From the NCBI GenBank assembly GCA_035295705.1, contig DATGIN010000003.1, positions 3,476 to 67,475 of the forward strand: a stretch of 64,000 nucleotides of DNA. The letters are read 5' to 3'. Source of the DNA: Caulobacteraceae bacterium. GTDB taxonomy: Bacteria; Pseudomonadota; Alphaproteobacteria; Caulobacterales; Caulobacteraceae. A program made the translations under genes and the position numbers. This document shows, in pieces, positions 49,832-57,397 of this stretch. Position 1 is the first letter of the stretch. Every line of letters starts with the position of its first letter. Under the pieces are notes generated by a model. That model did not search any database. It had not been told where the DNA came from and saw only the letters and a list, made by a program, of their open reading frames with translations.

Positions 49832-50707
49832 ATGAGCCAGCAGCGGTTTGAAGGCACTGCCGACTATGTCGCCACCGACGACCTGAAAGTCGCGGTGAAC
49901 GCGTCGATCGCGCTCGAGCGCCCGTTGCTGGTCAAGGGAGAGCCCGGCACCGGCAAGACGGTGCTGGCTTACGAAGTCGCCAAGGCGCTCAACGCGCCGC
50001 TCATCACCTGGCACATCAAGTCGACCACGAAAGCGGCGCAGGGCCTCTACGAATACGACGCGGTGACCCGCCTGCGCGATTCGCAGCTTGGCGACGAGCG
50101 CGTGAAGGACGTCCGCAACTACATCCGCCAGGGCAAGCTCTGGGACGCCTTCGCGTCCGACGAACGGCCGGTGCTGTTGATCGACGAGATCGACAAGGCC
50201 GACATCGAGTTCCCGAACGACCTCCTGCAGGAGCTCGATCGGATGGAGTTCTACGTCTACGAGACCAACGAGACGATCCAGGCCAAGATCCGGCCGGTGG
50301 TGCTGATTACGTCCAACAACGAAAAGGAGTTGCCGGACGCCTTCCTGCGCCGCTGCTTCTTCCACTACATCCGCTTTCCGGATGCGGAAACGATGGAAGC
50401 CATCGTCGACGTGCACTTTCCTGGCATCAAGAAGAAGCTGGTCGCCGAGGCGCTGCGCATCTTCTACGACATGCGCAAGGTGCCGGGGCTGAAGAAGAAG
50501 CCGTCGACGTCAGAGCTGCTCGACTGGCTGAAACTGCTGCTGGTCGAGGACATCGACGACGAGGCGTTGCGCGAGCGCGATCCGACCAAGCTGATCCCGC
50601 CGTTGCACGGCGCGCTCTTGAAGAACGAGCAAGACGTGCACCTGTTCGAGCGGCTGGCCTTCCTGGCGCGGCGCGAGAGCGCCGGCAATCGTCCCGGACA
50701 GCAGTAG
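49832..50707 (+). CDS. MoxR-family AAA+ ATPase
   Basis: GEPGTGKT, LLIDEIDKAD, ITSNNEKELPDAFLRRC; GAGGAG SD. Confidence 0.93.
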   Translation: MSQQRFEGTADYVATDDLKVAVNASIALERPLLVKGEPGTGKTVLAYEVAKALNAPLITWHIKSTTKAAQGLYEYDAVTRLRDSQLGDERVKDVRNYIRQGKLWDAFASDERPVLLIDEIDKADIEFPNDLLQELDRMEFYVYETNETIQAKIRPVVLITSNNEKELPDAFLRRCFFHYIRFPDAETMEAIVDVHFPGIKKKLVAEALRIFYDMRKVPGLKKKPSTSELLDWLKLLLVEDIDDEALRERDPTKLIPPLHGALLKNEQDVHLFERLAFLARRESAGNRPGQQ

Positions 50708-50916
50708 AAAGTCAGCGTCTCAGGCGGCTTTCGCTGAACGTCCGATTCGGCCCGCAAGGGCTGGCTGACGCGCCCAGAGCGGGCGATGGCCGCCGAGCGC
50801 GCGTCCGCATCGCAACGGCCAAAAACCCTGCTAGAGAAGGAGCACGTCGCCTCGGCGCGCCGCGGGGCGCGGGCGGGGCGAGGCCCTTTGCGTGGACCGC
50901 CTATCGAGGGTTTGCG

Positions 50917-52254
50917 ATGCGAGCGATCATCGGTGCTGCTTTGCTCGTGTCGGCCGCACTCCCGGCGAACGCGGGCGTCCTTGCCGGCATGGCGGCCTAC
51001 GGTGACTGGCGCACGGACCACCCTGGCGTCGTGCGAAAGATCACCCCGGCCGACCTGCCGGCGATCGGCAAGACGCCCGTGGGCGTCGCCCCGCCGGCGA
51101 TGGTCGACAAGCCGGCGAAAGCGTCGCTGGACACCCTCCCAGGGTTCTCCGTAAGCGCGTTCGCGAAGTTGGACGCCCCTCGCCTGATCCGCGTTGCGCC
51201 GAACGGCGACATCTTCGTCTCGGAGGGCGACGTCGGCCGGGTCGCCGTGCTGCGTGCGCCGGCGGGCGCCGCCCAGGCGGGGACCGTCGAGCGGTTCGCT
51301 GAGGGTCTGAAGCAGCCGTTCGGCATCGCCTTCTATCCGCCGGGGCCCAATCCCCAGTGGGTCTACATCGCCAACACCGACTCCGTCGTTCGCTTCCCCT
51401 ACCGCAACGGCGACCTGAAGGCGCGTGGCGCGCCCGAGACGGTCATCGCAAAGCTGACCGAAACCCACTCCGATCACTGGACGCGCGACATCGTCTTCTC
51501 GCCGGACGGCAGGCGCATGTACGTCTCGGTCGGTTCCGGCTCCAACGACGCGGAGTCGATGCCGAAGAAGACCGCGGACGAGACGAAAGCCTGGCAGGCG
51601 GGCCATGCCTTGGGCGCGGCGTGGGGCATCGAGACCGGCCGCGCCGACGTGCTGGTCGCCGACCCCGACGGCAAGAACGTCCAGGTGTTCGCCACAGGCC
51701 TTCGCAACTGCGTCGGGATGGCCATCCAGCCGCAGACCCACGACCTCTGGTGCTCGACCAACGAGCGGGACCTGCGCGGCGACGACCTGCCGCCCGACTA
51801 TGTGACCCGCGTTCGCCAGGGCGGATTCTATGGCTGGCCGTGGTTCTACATCGGCGACCACGTCGACCCGCAGCACCGCGGCGAGCGCCCGGACCTGGCT
51901 GGCAAGATCACCGTTCCCGACGTGCTCATCCAGCCGCACTCGGCGCCGCTGCAACTCACCTTCTACGACGGACGCGGGCCGGCGGCGTTCCCGGCCGAGT
52001 ACCGGGGCGATGCGTTCATCGCGCTGCACGGATCGTGGAACCGCGCCAAGCGGACCGGCTACAAGGTCGTGCGCGTCCACCTCCGCAACGGTGTCCCCGA
52101 CGGGGCCTACGAGGACTTCCTCACCGGCTTTGTGGTTGACGCGACGAGCGTGTGGGGGCGGCCGGTCGGCGTTGGCGTGGCGTCCGACGGCGCCCTTCTG
52201 GTGGCGGACGACGGATCGAACGAGATCTGGAGGGTGGCGTATGCGAAGCATTAG
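50917..52254 (+). CDS. Sorbosone/glucose dehydrogenase (GSDH) family beta-propeller oxidoreductase, exported
   Basis: Signal peptide, PFGIAF, HWTRDIVFSPDG, GLRNCVG, STNERD, YGWPW, HGSWNR, GRPVGV. Confidence 0.85.
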   Translation: MRAIIGAALLVSAALPANAGVLAGMAAYGDWRTDHPGVVRKITPADLPAIGKTPVGVAPPAMVDKPAKASLDTLPGFSVSAFAKLDAPRLIRVAPNGDIFVSEGDVGRVAVLRAPAGAAQAGTVERFAEGLKQPFGIAFYPPGPNPQWVYIANTDSVVRFPYRNGDLKARGAPETVIAKLTETHSDHWTRDIVFSPDGRRMYVSVGSGSNDAESMPKKTADETKAWQAGHALGAAWGIETGRADVLVADPDGKNVQVFATGLRNCVGMAIQPQTHDLWCSTNERDLRGDDLPPDYVTRVRQGGFYGWPWFYIGDHVDPQHRGERPDLAGKITVPDVLIQPHSAPLQLTFYDGRGPAAFPAEYRGDAFIALHGSWNRAKRTGYKVVRVHLRNGVPDGAYEDFLTGFVVDATSVWGRPVGVGVASDGALLVADDGSNEIWRVAYAKH

Positions 52255-52606
52255 GCTGGCCGCCCTCGGCGCCGCGACGGCGATGATCGCGTTGGCGACC
52301 ACAGCCTCGGCGCAGGACGCGGGCTCCGAGGTCTATCAGGAGCGCTGCAGCCAGTGCCACGTGCTGAACGGGGTCGGGCAAGGCCCAAGCCTGATCGGCG
52401 TCGTCGGCCGCAAGGCGGCATCGCTGCCCGGCTATCCGTTCTCGGCGGCGCTCAAGAAATCCGGCCTCAGCTGGACGCCGGCGAACCTCGACGCATTCCT
52501 GGAATCGCCGACCAAGCTCGTTCCCGGCACCGCCATGCGCGCCGTTGTCGCGGACGCCGCGGAGCGCAAAAGCCTCGTCGCTTACCTTGCCACACTAAAG
52601 CGGTAG
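52241..52606 (+). CDS. Class I cytochrome c (c2-like)
   Basis: Signal peptide, CSQCH, GPSLIGVVGR, WTPANLDAFLESP...PGTAM; overlaps the dehydrogenase stop. Confidence 0.9.
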   Translation: MRSIRLAALGAATAMIALATTASAQDAGSEVYQERCSQCHVLNGVGQGPSLIGVVGRKAASLPGYPFSAALKKSGLSWTPANLDAFLESPTKLVPGTAMRAVVADAAERKSLVAYLATLKR

Positions 52607-52610
52607 GCGA

Positions 52611-52979
52611 TCACGCCCGCTGGACGTCGGTCACCTTGTAGGTCAGCAGCCGGCCGTCCTCGTCGGTGACGGAAACGTACTCCCCCACCGCAAACCGGTG
52701 CTCACCCAGGCGGTAGAGCGGCTCCTCGGCGTCGGCCTGGTCTCCATAGTCGAAGAACCAGCGGCCATTGCGATGCGCGAGCTTGCCTTCCTCGGGGTCT
52801 TCGTCGGGCGCGAACCGCCGCACGGTGCAGCCGCCGCGCGCGCGCCGAAACGCCGCCTCGTCCAGCTTTCCATCGGCCGTCAGCGGCGCCACCAACGAAT
52901 ATCCCCGGTGGTCGTCGCCGTCCGCGAACTCGGTGCCAGGGTTGCGCGCCAGGCGCATGACGATGCGGCTTAGGGCCAT
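52611..52979 (-). CDS. Conserved hypothetical protein (122 aa)
   Basis: LARNPGTEFADGD...GYSLVAPL..DG, FFDY, HRFAVGEYVSV; immediately downstream of usp. Confidence 0.7.
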   Translation of the reverse strand: MALSRIVMRLARNPGTEFADGDDHRGYSLVAPLTADGKLDEAAFRRARGGCTVRRFAPDEDPEEGKLAHRNGRWFFDYGDQADAEEPLYRLGEHRFAVGEYVSVTDEDGRLLTYKVTDVQRA

Positions 52980-53005
52980 CGGGATCTCTTTGCGCTCGAG
53001 GGAAG

Positions 53006-53821
53006 CTAATGCGACAGGAAAAGCGAGGGGGCTTCGGTGGCGTTCATGAACGCCCTGGTGGTGCCGCCGAAGATGTACTCCTGCAACCGGGGGTGGCCAA
53101 AGGCGCCGGCGACCAGAAGGTTCGCGCCGGCTTCCTTCGCGGCGCGAATCAGGCCGCCGCCAGGATCGCCGGATTCGCTCAGACTCTGCACATCGGCGGC
53201 GATTCCGCGCACCTGGAAGAAGCCCTGCAACCGCACCGGATCGAAGTAGCGCGCGGATGACGCCGGCGCGGCGAGAATGACGACGCGCGACGCGCGCTGC
53301 AGCAACGGCAGCGCCGTGCGGGCGGCGCGGCTGGCCTCCTTGCCGCCGTCCCAGGCCACCGCGACGACCCCTCCCACGCTTAGCCCTTGGCGCGCGACGA
53401 TCGTCGGCCGCTGTTCGTCGGCGACGATCTGCTGGAAGCTCTCGGCCAGCGGCCCCCTGCCCTTCGCGGCGCCGTCGTCGAAGACGACGACGTCTGAAAG
53501 CCGCCCCTCCATCGACAGCGCCGACCAGACCGGCGACGAAAGCGCGGTGAACGACTTTCTCCCGTAGCCGACCGCCTCGCATGCGGCGCGGGCCGCCCGC
53601 TCGCCTTCGGCGGCGGCCTCCTTCAGGCTCTGAACGGCGGTGACCTGCACGCCGCCCATGAAACCCTCGCCCATCCACGGCATGAGGTCGGCCACGTCGG
53701 CCGGCGCGTATACCGCAGCCAGCTCGGCCTCGAACGGTTCGGCGATGGCCCGCGCGGCATCCAGCAGCGCCGCATCGGCGTCGCCGCCTGCGACCGGCGC
53801 CATGATCCGCGCCCAGCTCAT
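53006..53821 (-). CDS. Universal stress protein (tandem Usp domains)
   Basis: RIMAPV, VAVAWDGGKEASRA, LLVAGAFGHPRLQEYIFGGTT; alternative start 53836. Confidence 0.9.
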   Translation of the reverse strand: MSWARIMAPVAGGDADAALLDAARAIAEPFEAELAAVYAPADVADLMPWMGEGFMGGVQVTAVQSLKEAAAEGERAARAACEAVGYGRKSFTALSSPVWSALSMEGRLSDVVVFDDGAAKGRGPLAESFQQIVADEQRPTIVARQGLSVGGVVAVAWDGGKEASRAARTALPLLQRASRVVILAAPASSARYFDPVRLQGFFQVRGIAADVQSLSESGDPGGGLIRAAKEAGANLLVAGAFGHPRLQEYIFGGTTRAFMNATEAPSLFLSH

Positions 53822-53897
53822 GCTCAGCCCCGCCATGTTCCTCGCGCTCCCGACGCGTCTTGTGTCTCTCTGTTGACGCCGTTCTTCGCCGTTGGGA

Positions 53898-53911
53898 TTA
53901 CGATAGATCAA
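53898..53911 (-). promoter_or_regulatory. Imperfect FixK/Fnr box upstream of usp
   Basis: Minus strand TTGAT-CTAT-CGTAA versus consensus TTGAT-N4-ATCAA. Confidence 0.4.
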
Positions 53912-53930
53912 ATCTGGGCCAGTCCGCAGC

Positions 53931-54596
53931 ATGGGAACGCGAATGCCGCCGAAACGGCTGCGCCGCGCCGAGCGCACCCCGCGCGCCTGGCAGCGCATGC
54001 TCTCCGGACGGCGGCTCGACCTGTTGGACCCCTCGCCCCTCGACATCGAGATTGAGGACATCGCCCACGGCCTCGCGCGCGTGGCGCGCTGGAATGGACA
54101 GACGCTCGGCGAGCACGGATTCTCGGTCGCGCAACATTCGCTGGTGGTGGAAGAGATCGCCGTTCATATCGACCCGACGCTCGAGCCGCGCTGGCGGCTC
54201 GCGGCCCTGCTGCACGATGCCGCCGAGTACGTGATCGGTGACATGATCTCGCCCTTCAAGGCGGCGCTTGGCCTGAACTACAAGGGATTTGAGGAACGAC
54301 TGGAAGCAGCCGTGCAGGTCCGCTTCGGACTTCCCGGCCGACTGCCGGCGCCGGTCAGGACCCTCATCAAGCAGGCGGATCGCGCCAGCGCCTTCTTCGA
54401 GGCGACGCAGCTGGCGGGGTTCAGCGCCGAAGAGGCGGTCGCCCTCTTCGACCCGCCGCCGCATTCATACCGGCCGGCGCTCACGCCGATGAGCGCCACC
54501 GAGGCGCAGGCGCGCTATATCGAGCGCTTTCTGCTGCTCAGCCAAGCGACAGGGTTTGCACCGCTCCAACGGCGGGCGGATACGGAACGGGCATGA
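53931..54596 (+). CDS. HD-domain hydrolase (YfbR-like 5'-deoxynucleotidase family)
   Basis: IEDIAHGLA, FSVAQHS, LLHDAAEYVIGD. Confidence 0.88.
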   Translation: MGTRMPPKRLRRAERTPRAWQRMLSGRRLDLLDPSPLDIEIEDIAHGLARVARWNGQTLGEHGFSVAQHSLVVEEIAVHIDPTLEPRWRLAALLHDAAEYVIGDMISPFKAALGLNYKGFEERLEAAVQVRFGLPGRLPAPVRTLIKQADRASAFFEATQLAGFSAEEAVALFDPPPHSYRPALTPMSATEAQARYIERFLLLSQATGFAPLQRRADTERA

Positions 54597-55126
54597 CCCT
54601 GGTCGTCTGTTCGCTGGCCAATCTCGACGAAGTGATCCTCACGCGGCGGCCGTCGCATGTGATCACGCTGCTCAGCGGCGGCCTGATGATCGGCCCGCTA
54701 GCGGCGTTCGGGCCGGACCGGCATCTGCGCCTGGCGGTGGACGACATCCACGAGCCGATCGCTGGCATGGTCGCGCCCGACGAGGCGACCGTCGAGCAGG
54801 TGCTGGCGTTCGGGCACGCCTGGGACGGCGCGGCCCCCATGATCGTGCACTGCTTTGCCGGCGTCAGCCGCTCGTCCGCCTCAGCGCTCGCCATTGCCTG
54901 TGCGCGCAATCCCGACGTCGACGAGCTCGTCATCACGACAGCGCTCCGGCGCCTGGCGCCCCACGTCTTCCCCAATCGGCGCATCACCGCCATCGCCGAT
55001 GCGATGCTCGGCCGCCAGGGCCGACTGATCGCGGCGGTCGAAGCCATGGGCGCCGACGACCTCGAGGCGCCGAAGCGGCCGGTCGAACTGCCATCGGACT
55101 TCCGGGCGCACGCACGCGCGCCATGA
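54593..55126 (+). CDS. Protein-tyrosine-phosphatase-like protein
   Basis: VHCFAGVSRS (CX5R) P-loop, FPNRRI; ATGA overlap with upstream gene. Confidence 0.85.
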   Translation: MTLVVCSLANLDEVILTRRPSHVITLLSGGLMIGPLAAFGPDRHLRLAVDDIHEPIAGMVAPDEATVEQVLAFGHAWDGAAPMIVHCFAGVSRSSASALAIACARNPDVDELVITTALRRLAPHVFPNRRITAIADAMLGRQGRLIAAVEAMGADDLEAPKRPVELPSDFRAHARAP

Positions 55127-56079
55127 CGACGGTGGTCATCGGCCTTTCCGCGGTCGTCGTCGCGGTGCGGGAGCGCGATGCGGTGGTGCTGACCGTGCGC
55201 GCGCACGACGCGCAGACCGGCGAGGCGTCGCGGATGCTCGGCCTGCCGTTCGGCCCGTTCGACCCGGATGCGCACCGCACGTTCGAGCTTGCGATGCGCG
55301 CGTTCGTCACCGAGCAGACGCGGTTCGAACTGGGCTACGTCGAGCAGCTCTACACCTTCGGCGACCGCGGCCGCGACGCGCCGCGCGCCGACGTCGGCGC
55401 GGGCGGCGCGCGGGTCATCTCCGTCGGCTATCTGGCGCTGACGCCGGCGGCCGTCGAACAGCTCGGGCCTGACACCGTGTGGACCCCCTACACCCGCTTC
55501 TTTCCGTGGGAGGATTGGCGGCGCGGGCGACCGGCGCTGATCGACGATGTCATCGCCCCCAAGCTCGCCGAGTGGGCGGCCGGGGCGGAAGAGCGCCGCG
55601 CCCGCGCCAGGCTGTTGTTCGCCCTGGACGGCTCGCCGTGGAACGAGGAGCGCGTCCTTGAGCGCTATGAGCTGCTCTACGAGGCCGCTCTTGCTCCGGA
55701 AGCGGCGCGCGATCGGGCGCGCGGCGCCGGCGCATCAGCCGTGCTCGACGCCACGCTCGGCGAGCCGATGCTCTCGGACCACCGACGGATTCTGGCCACG
55801 GGCCTCGGCCGTCTGCGCAGCAAGCTCAAGTACCGGCCGGTGGCGTTCGAGCTCATGCCGCCGGAGTTCACGCTGTCGCACCTGCAGCGAACCGTTGAAG
55901 CGGTGGCCGGCGTGGCCCTGCACAAGCAGAACTTCCGCCGCGGGCTGGAGCGGACCGACCTCGTCGAGGGGTTGGGACGTCGTCACGCCGAGACCGGCGG
56001 CCGCCCCGCCGAGCTGTTTCGCTTCCGCCGCGAGCGGCTGATGAAGGCGCCCGCGCCGGGGCTGGCGCTGCCGCGCTGA
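55123..56079 (+). CDS. Nudix-fold/wHTH transcriptional regulator (NrtR/NadQ-like)
   Basis: VEQLYTFGDRGR, ISVGYLAL, DHRRILATG, C-terminal wHTH FTLSHLQRTVE...LHKQNFRR...TGGRPAELFRF. Confidence 0.8.
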   Translation: MTTVVIGLSAVVVAVRERDAVVLTVRAHDAQTGEASRMLGLPFGPFDPDAHRTFELAMRAFVTEQTRFELGYVEQLYTFGDRGRDAPRADVGAGGARVISVGYLALTPAAVEQLGPDTVWTPYTRFFPWEDWRRGRPALIDDVIAPKLAEWAAGAEERRARARLLFALDGSPWNEERVLERYELLYEAALAPEAARDRARGAGASAVLDATLGEPMLSDHRRILATGLGRLRSKLKYRPVAFELMPPEFTLSHLQRTVEAVAGVALHKQNFRRGLERTDLVEGLGRRHAETGGRPAELFRFRRERLMKAPAPGLALPR

Positions 56080-56143
56080 CCGCGCAGAAGTGCGGAGGAC
56101 CGCTGGCGTCGCGGCGCCGGCGACCTCCGCCTGCTCCTGGTTT

Positions 56144-56665
56144 CTAGAATTTCCGCACGTAGGCGAGCGACCAGACGTTGGCGTCAAGGTCCGAGCGGTC
56201 GGCCGTCTCGCGCGTGTAGTCGGCTCGCACCCCGTCGTGGCCCGCGAAATACTGGGCGCCGACGCCGGCGTTCCAGCTGGTCACGTTCGCATGGAAGCTC
56301 TCACCGGGTCGGCTCAGGTGAAGGTCGGTCGCGCCATAGCCGACCCTTCCCAGGACGTCGAGATTCGGCGTGATTGGCAGGAATCCCACCGCGTAGCCCG
56401 CGTACTGGTCGTTCACGTGCACGGACGCGGCTTGGCCGCCGATGTTGACGCGGTCGCCGCCCAACCCGGCCGACCCTTCCCCCTCGACGCCGAGGTAGGG
56501 CATGAACCGGTAACCGAGCCGGCCGGTGATCGCGCCGACGTTCGCCGACCCGCTGTTCAGGTCCTCGCCGCCGAGCGTGCCGTAGACGCCTGTCGCCTGC
56601 GCGAAGGCGGGGGCGGCCGTGGCGAGCAGCGTCAACGCCGAGGCGGTCAGAAGCACTGATTTCAT
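56144..56665 (-). CDS. Small 8-stranded outer-membrane beta-barrel protein
   Basis: Signal peptide, GRLGYRFMPYLGVEGE, NLDVLGRVGYG, AGVGAQY, terminal Phe. Confidence 0.85.
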   Translation of the reverse strand: MKSVLLTASALTLLATAAPAFAQATGVYGTLGGEDLNSGSANVGAITGRLGYRFMPYLGVEGEGSAGLGGDRVNIGGQAASVHVNDQYAGYAVGFLPITPNLDVLGRVGYGATDLHLSRPGESFHANVTSWNAGVGAQYFAGHDGVRADYTRETADRSDLDANVWSLAYVRKF

Positions 56666-56819
56666 AAGGCTTACTCCCTGCTGATGAGAAGCGTCGTGCT
56701 CACCCGCCCAGCCATGGTCGCAGACCTTCAAACGCGCAGGTGGCCGCTTCGGGTCGCCCGTGCGGCCGGAATGAGGGCGCCGTTGCACAACGGCAAAGCC
56801 AGCCAGGCCGCAGCGCGGC

Positions 56820-57383
56820 TCAGAGAAGATATGCCCAGATCGCTACAGCGACGCCCGCCAGGCCAAGCAAACTCGCGCCGATCCAGGGCCAGCGCTTCTT
56901 GGTGATGATGGCGATCGTCGAAACCGCGATGCCGATTTCGAGCAGCGTGGCGGCGATGGACAGCCGATGGTGCCGCGCCTCGTGGCTCTCGCTCTTTTCC
57001 AGCGCCCGATCGCGCTGATGTTCGAAGGCCTTGGCCTCGGCCTGCGCCTGGTCCTGACCCTGGCCCTCGGTCTTCGCCTTCTTCGCGTTGTCAGCCGCGT
57101 TCGCCCCGCCCGCAGCCGCCGCGATCGCGTACATGTTCTTCTTGAGGCTCTTGGCCTCGTAGAAGTTCCATTGGTCGGTCGCCTGCTCCTGGGCCAGCAC
57201 CGCCTGGTTCGCCGCGATGATCGCGCTGGCGCTCTCGAACGTCTCGAGGCTGGCGGCGGTGGCCGCGACGACGGCCAGGATGGCGATGGTGATCGAAACG
57301 CGGGAGACGAAGGGATCGCTCTCGTGCGCAGCATGCGCGGCGTGTTCTGCGTGCTCGTGCGCATCGAGCGCTGGGTCGCTCAT
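56820..57383 (-). CDS. DUF4337-like membrane protein
   Basis: His-rich N-terminus, TM, DQWNFYEAKSLK, coiled coil, two C-terminal TMs. Confidence 0.75.
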   Translation of the reverse strand: MSDPALDAHEHAEHAAHAAHESDPFVSRVSITIAILAVVAATAASLETFESASAIIAANQAVLAQEQATDQWNFYEAKSLKKNMYAIAAAAGGANAADNAKKAKTEGQGQDQAQAEAKAFEHQRDRALEKSESHEARHHRLSIAATLLEIGIAVSTIAIITKKRWPWIGASLLGLAGVAVAIWAYLL

Positions 57384-57397
57384 CGGACGGCTCCGTC

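Noticed and set aside
56779-56794. Perfect palindrome GCCGTTG-CA-CAACGGC upstream of the porin-like gene
   Set aside because: Single GC-rich 16-mer with no second copy or matching known regulator; could be chance or a small hairpin.
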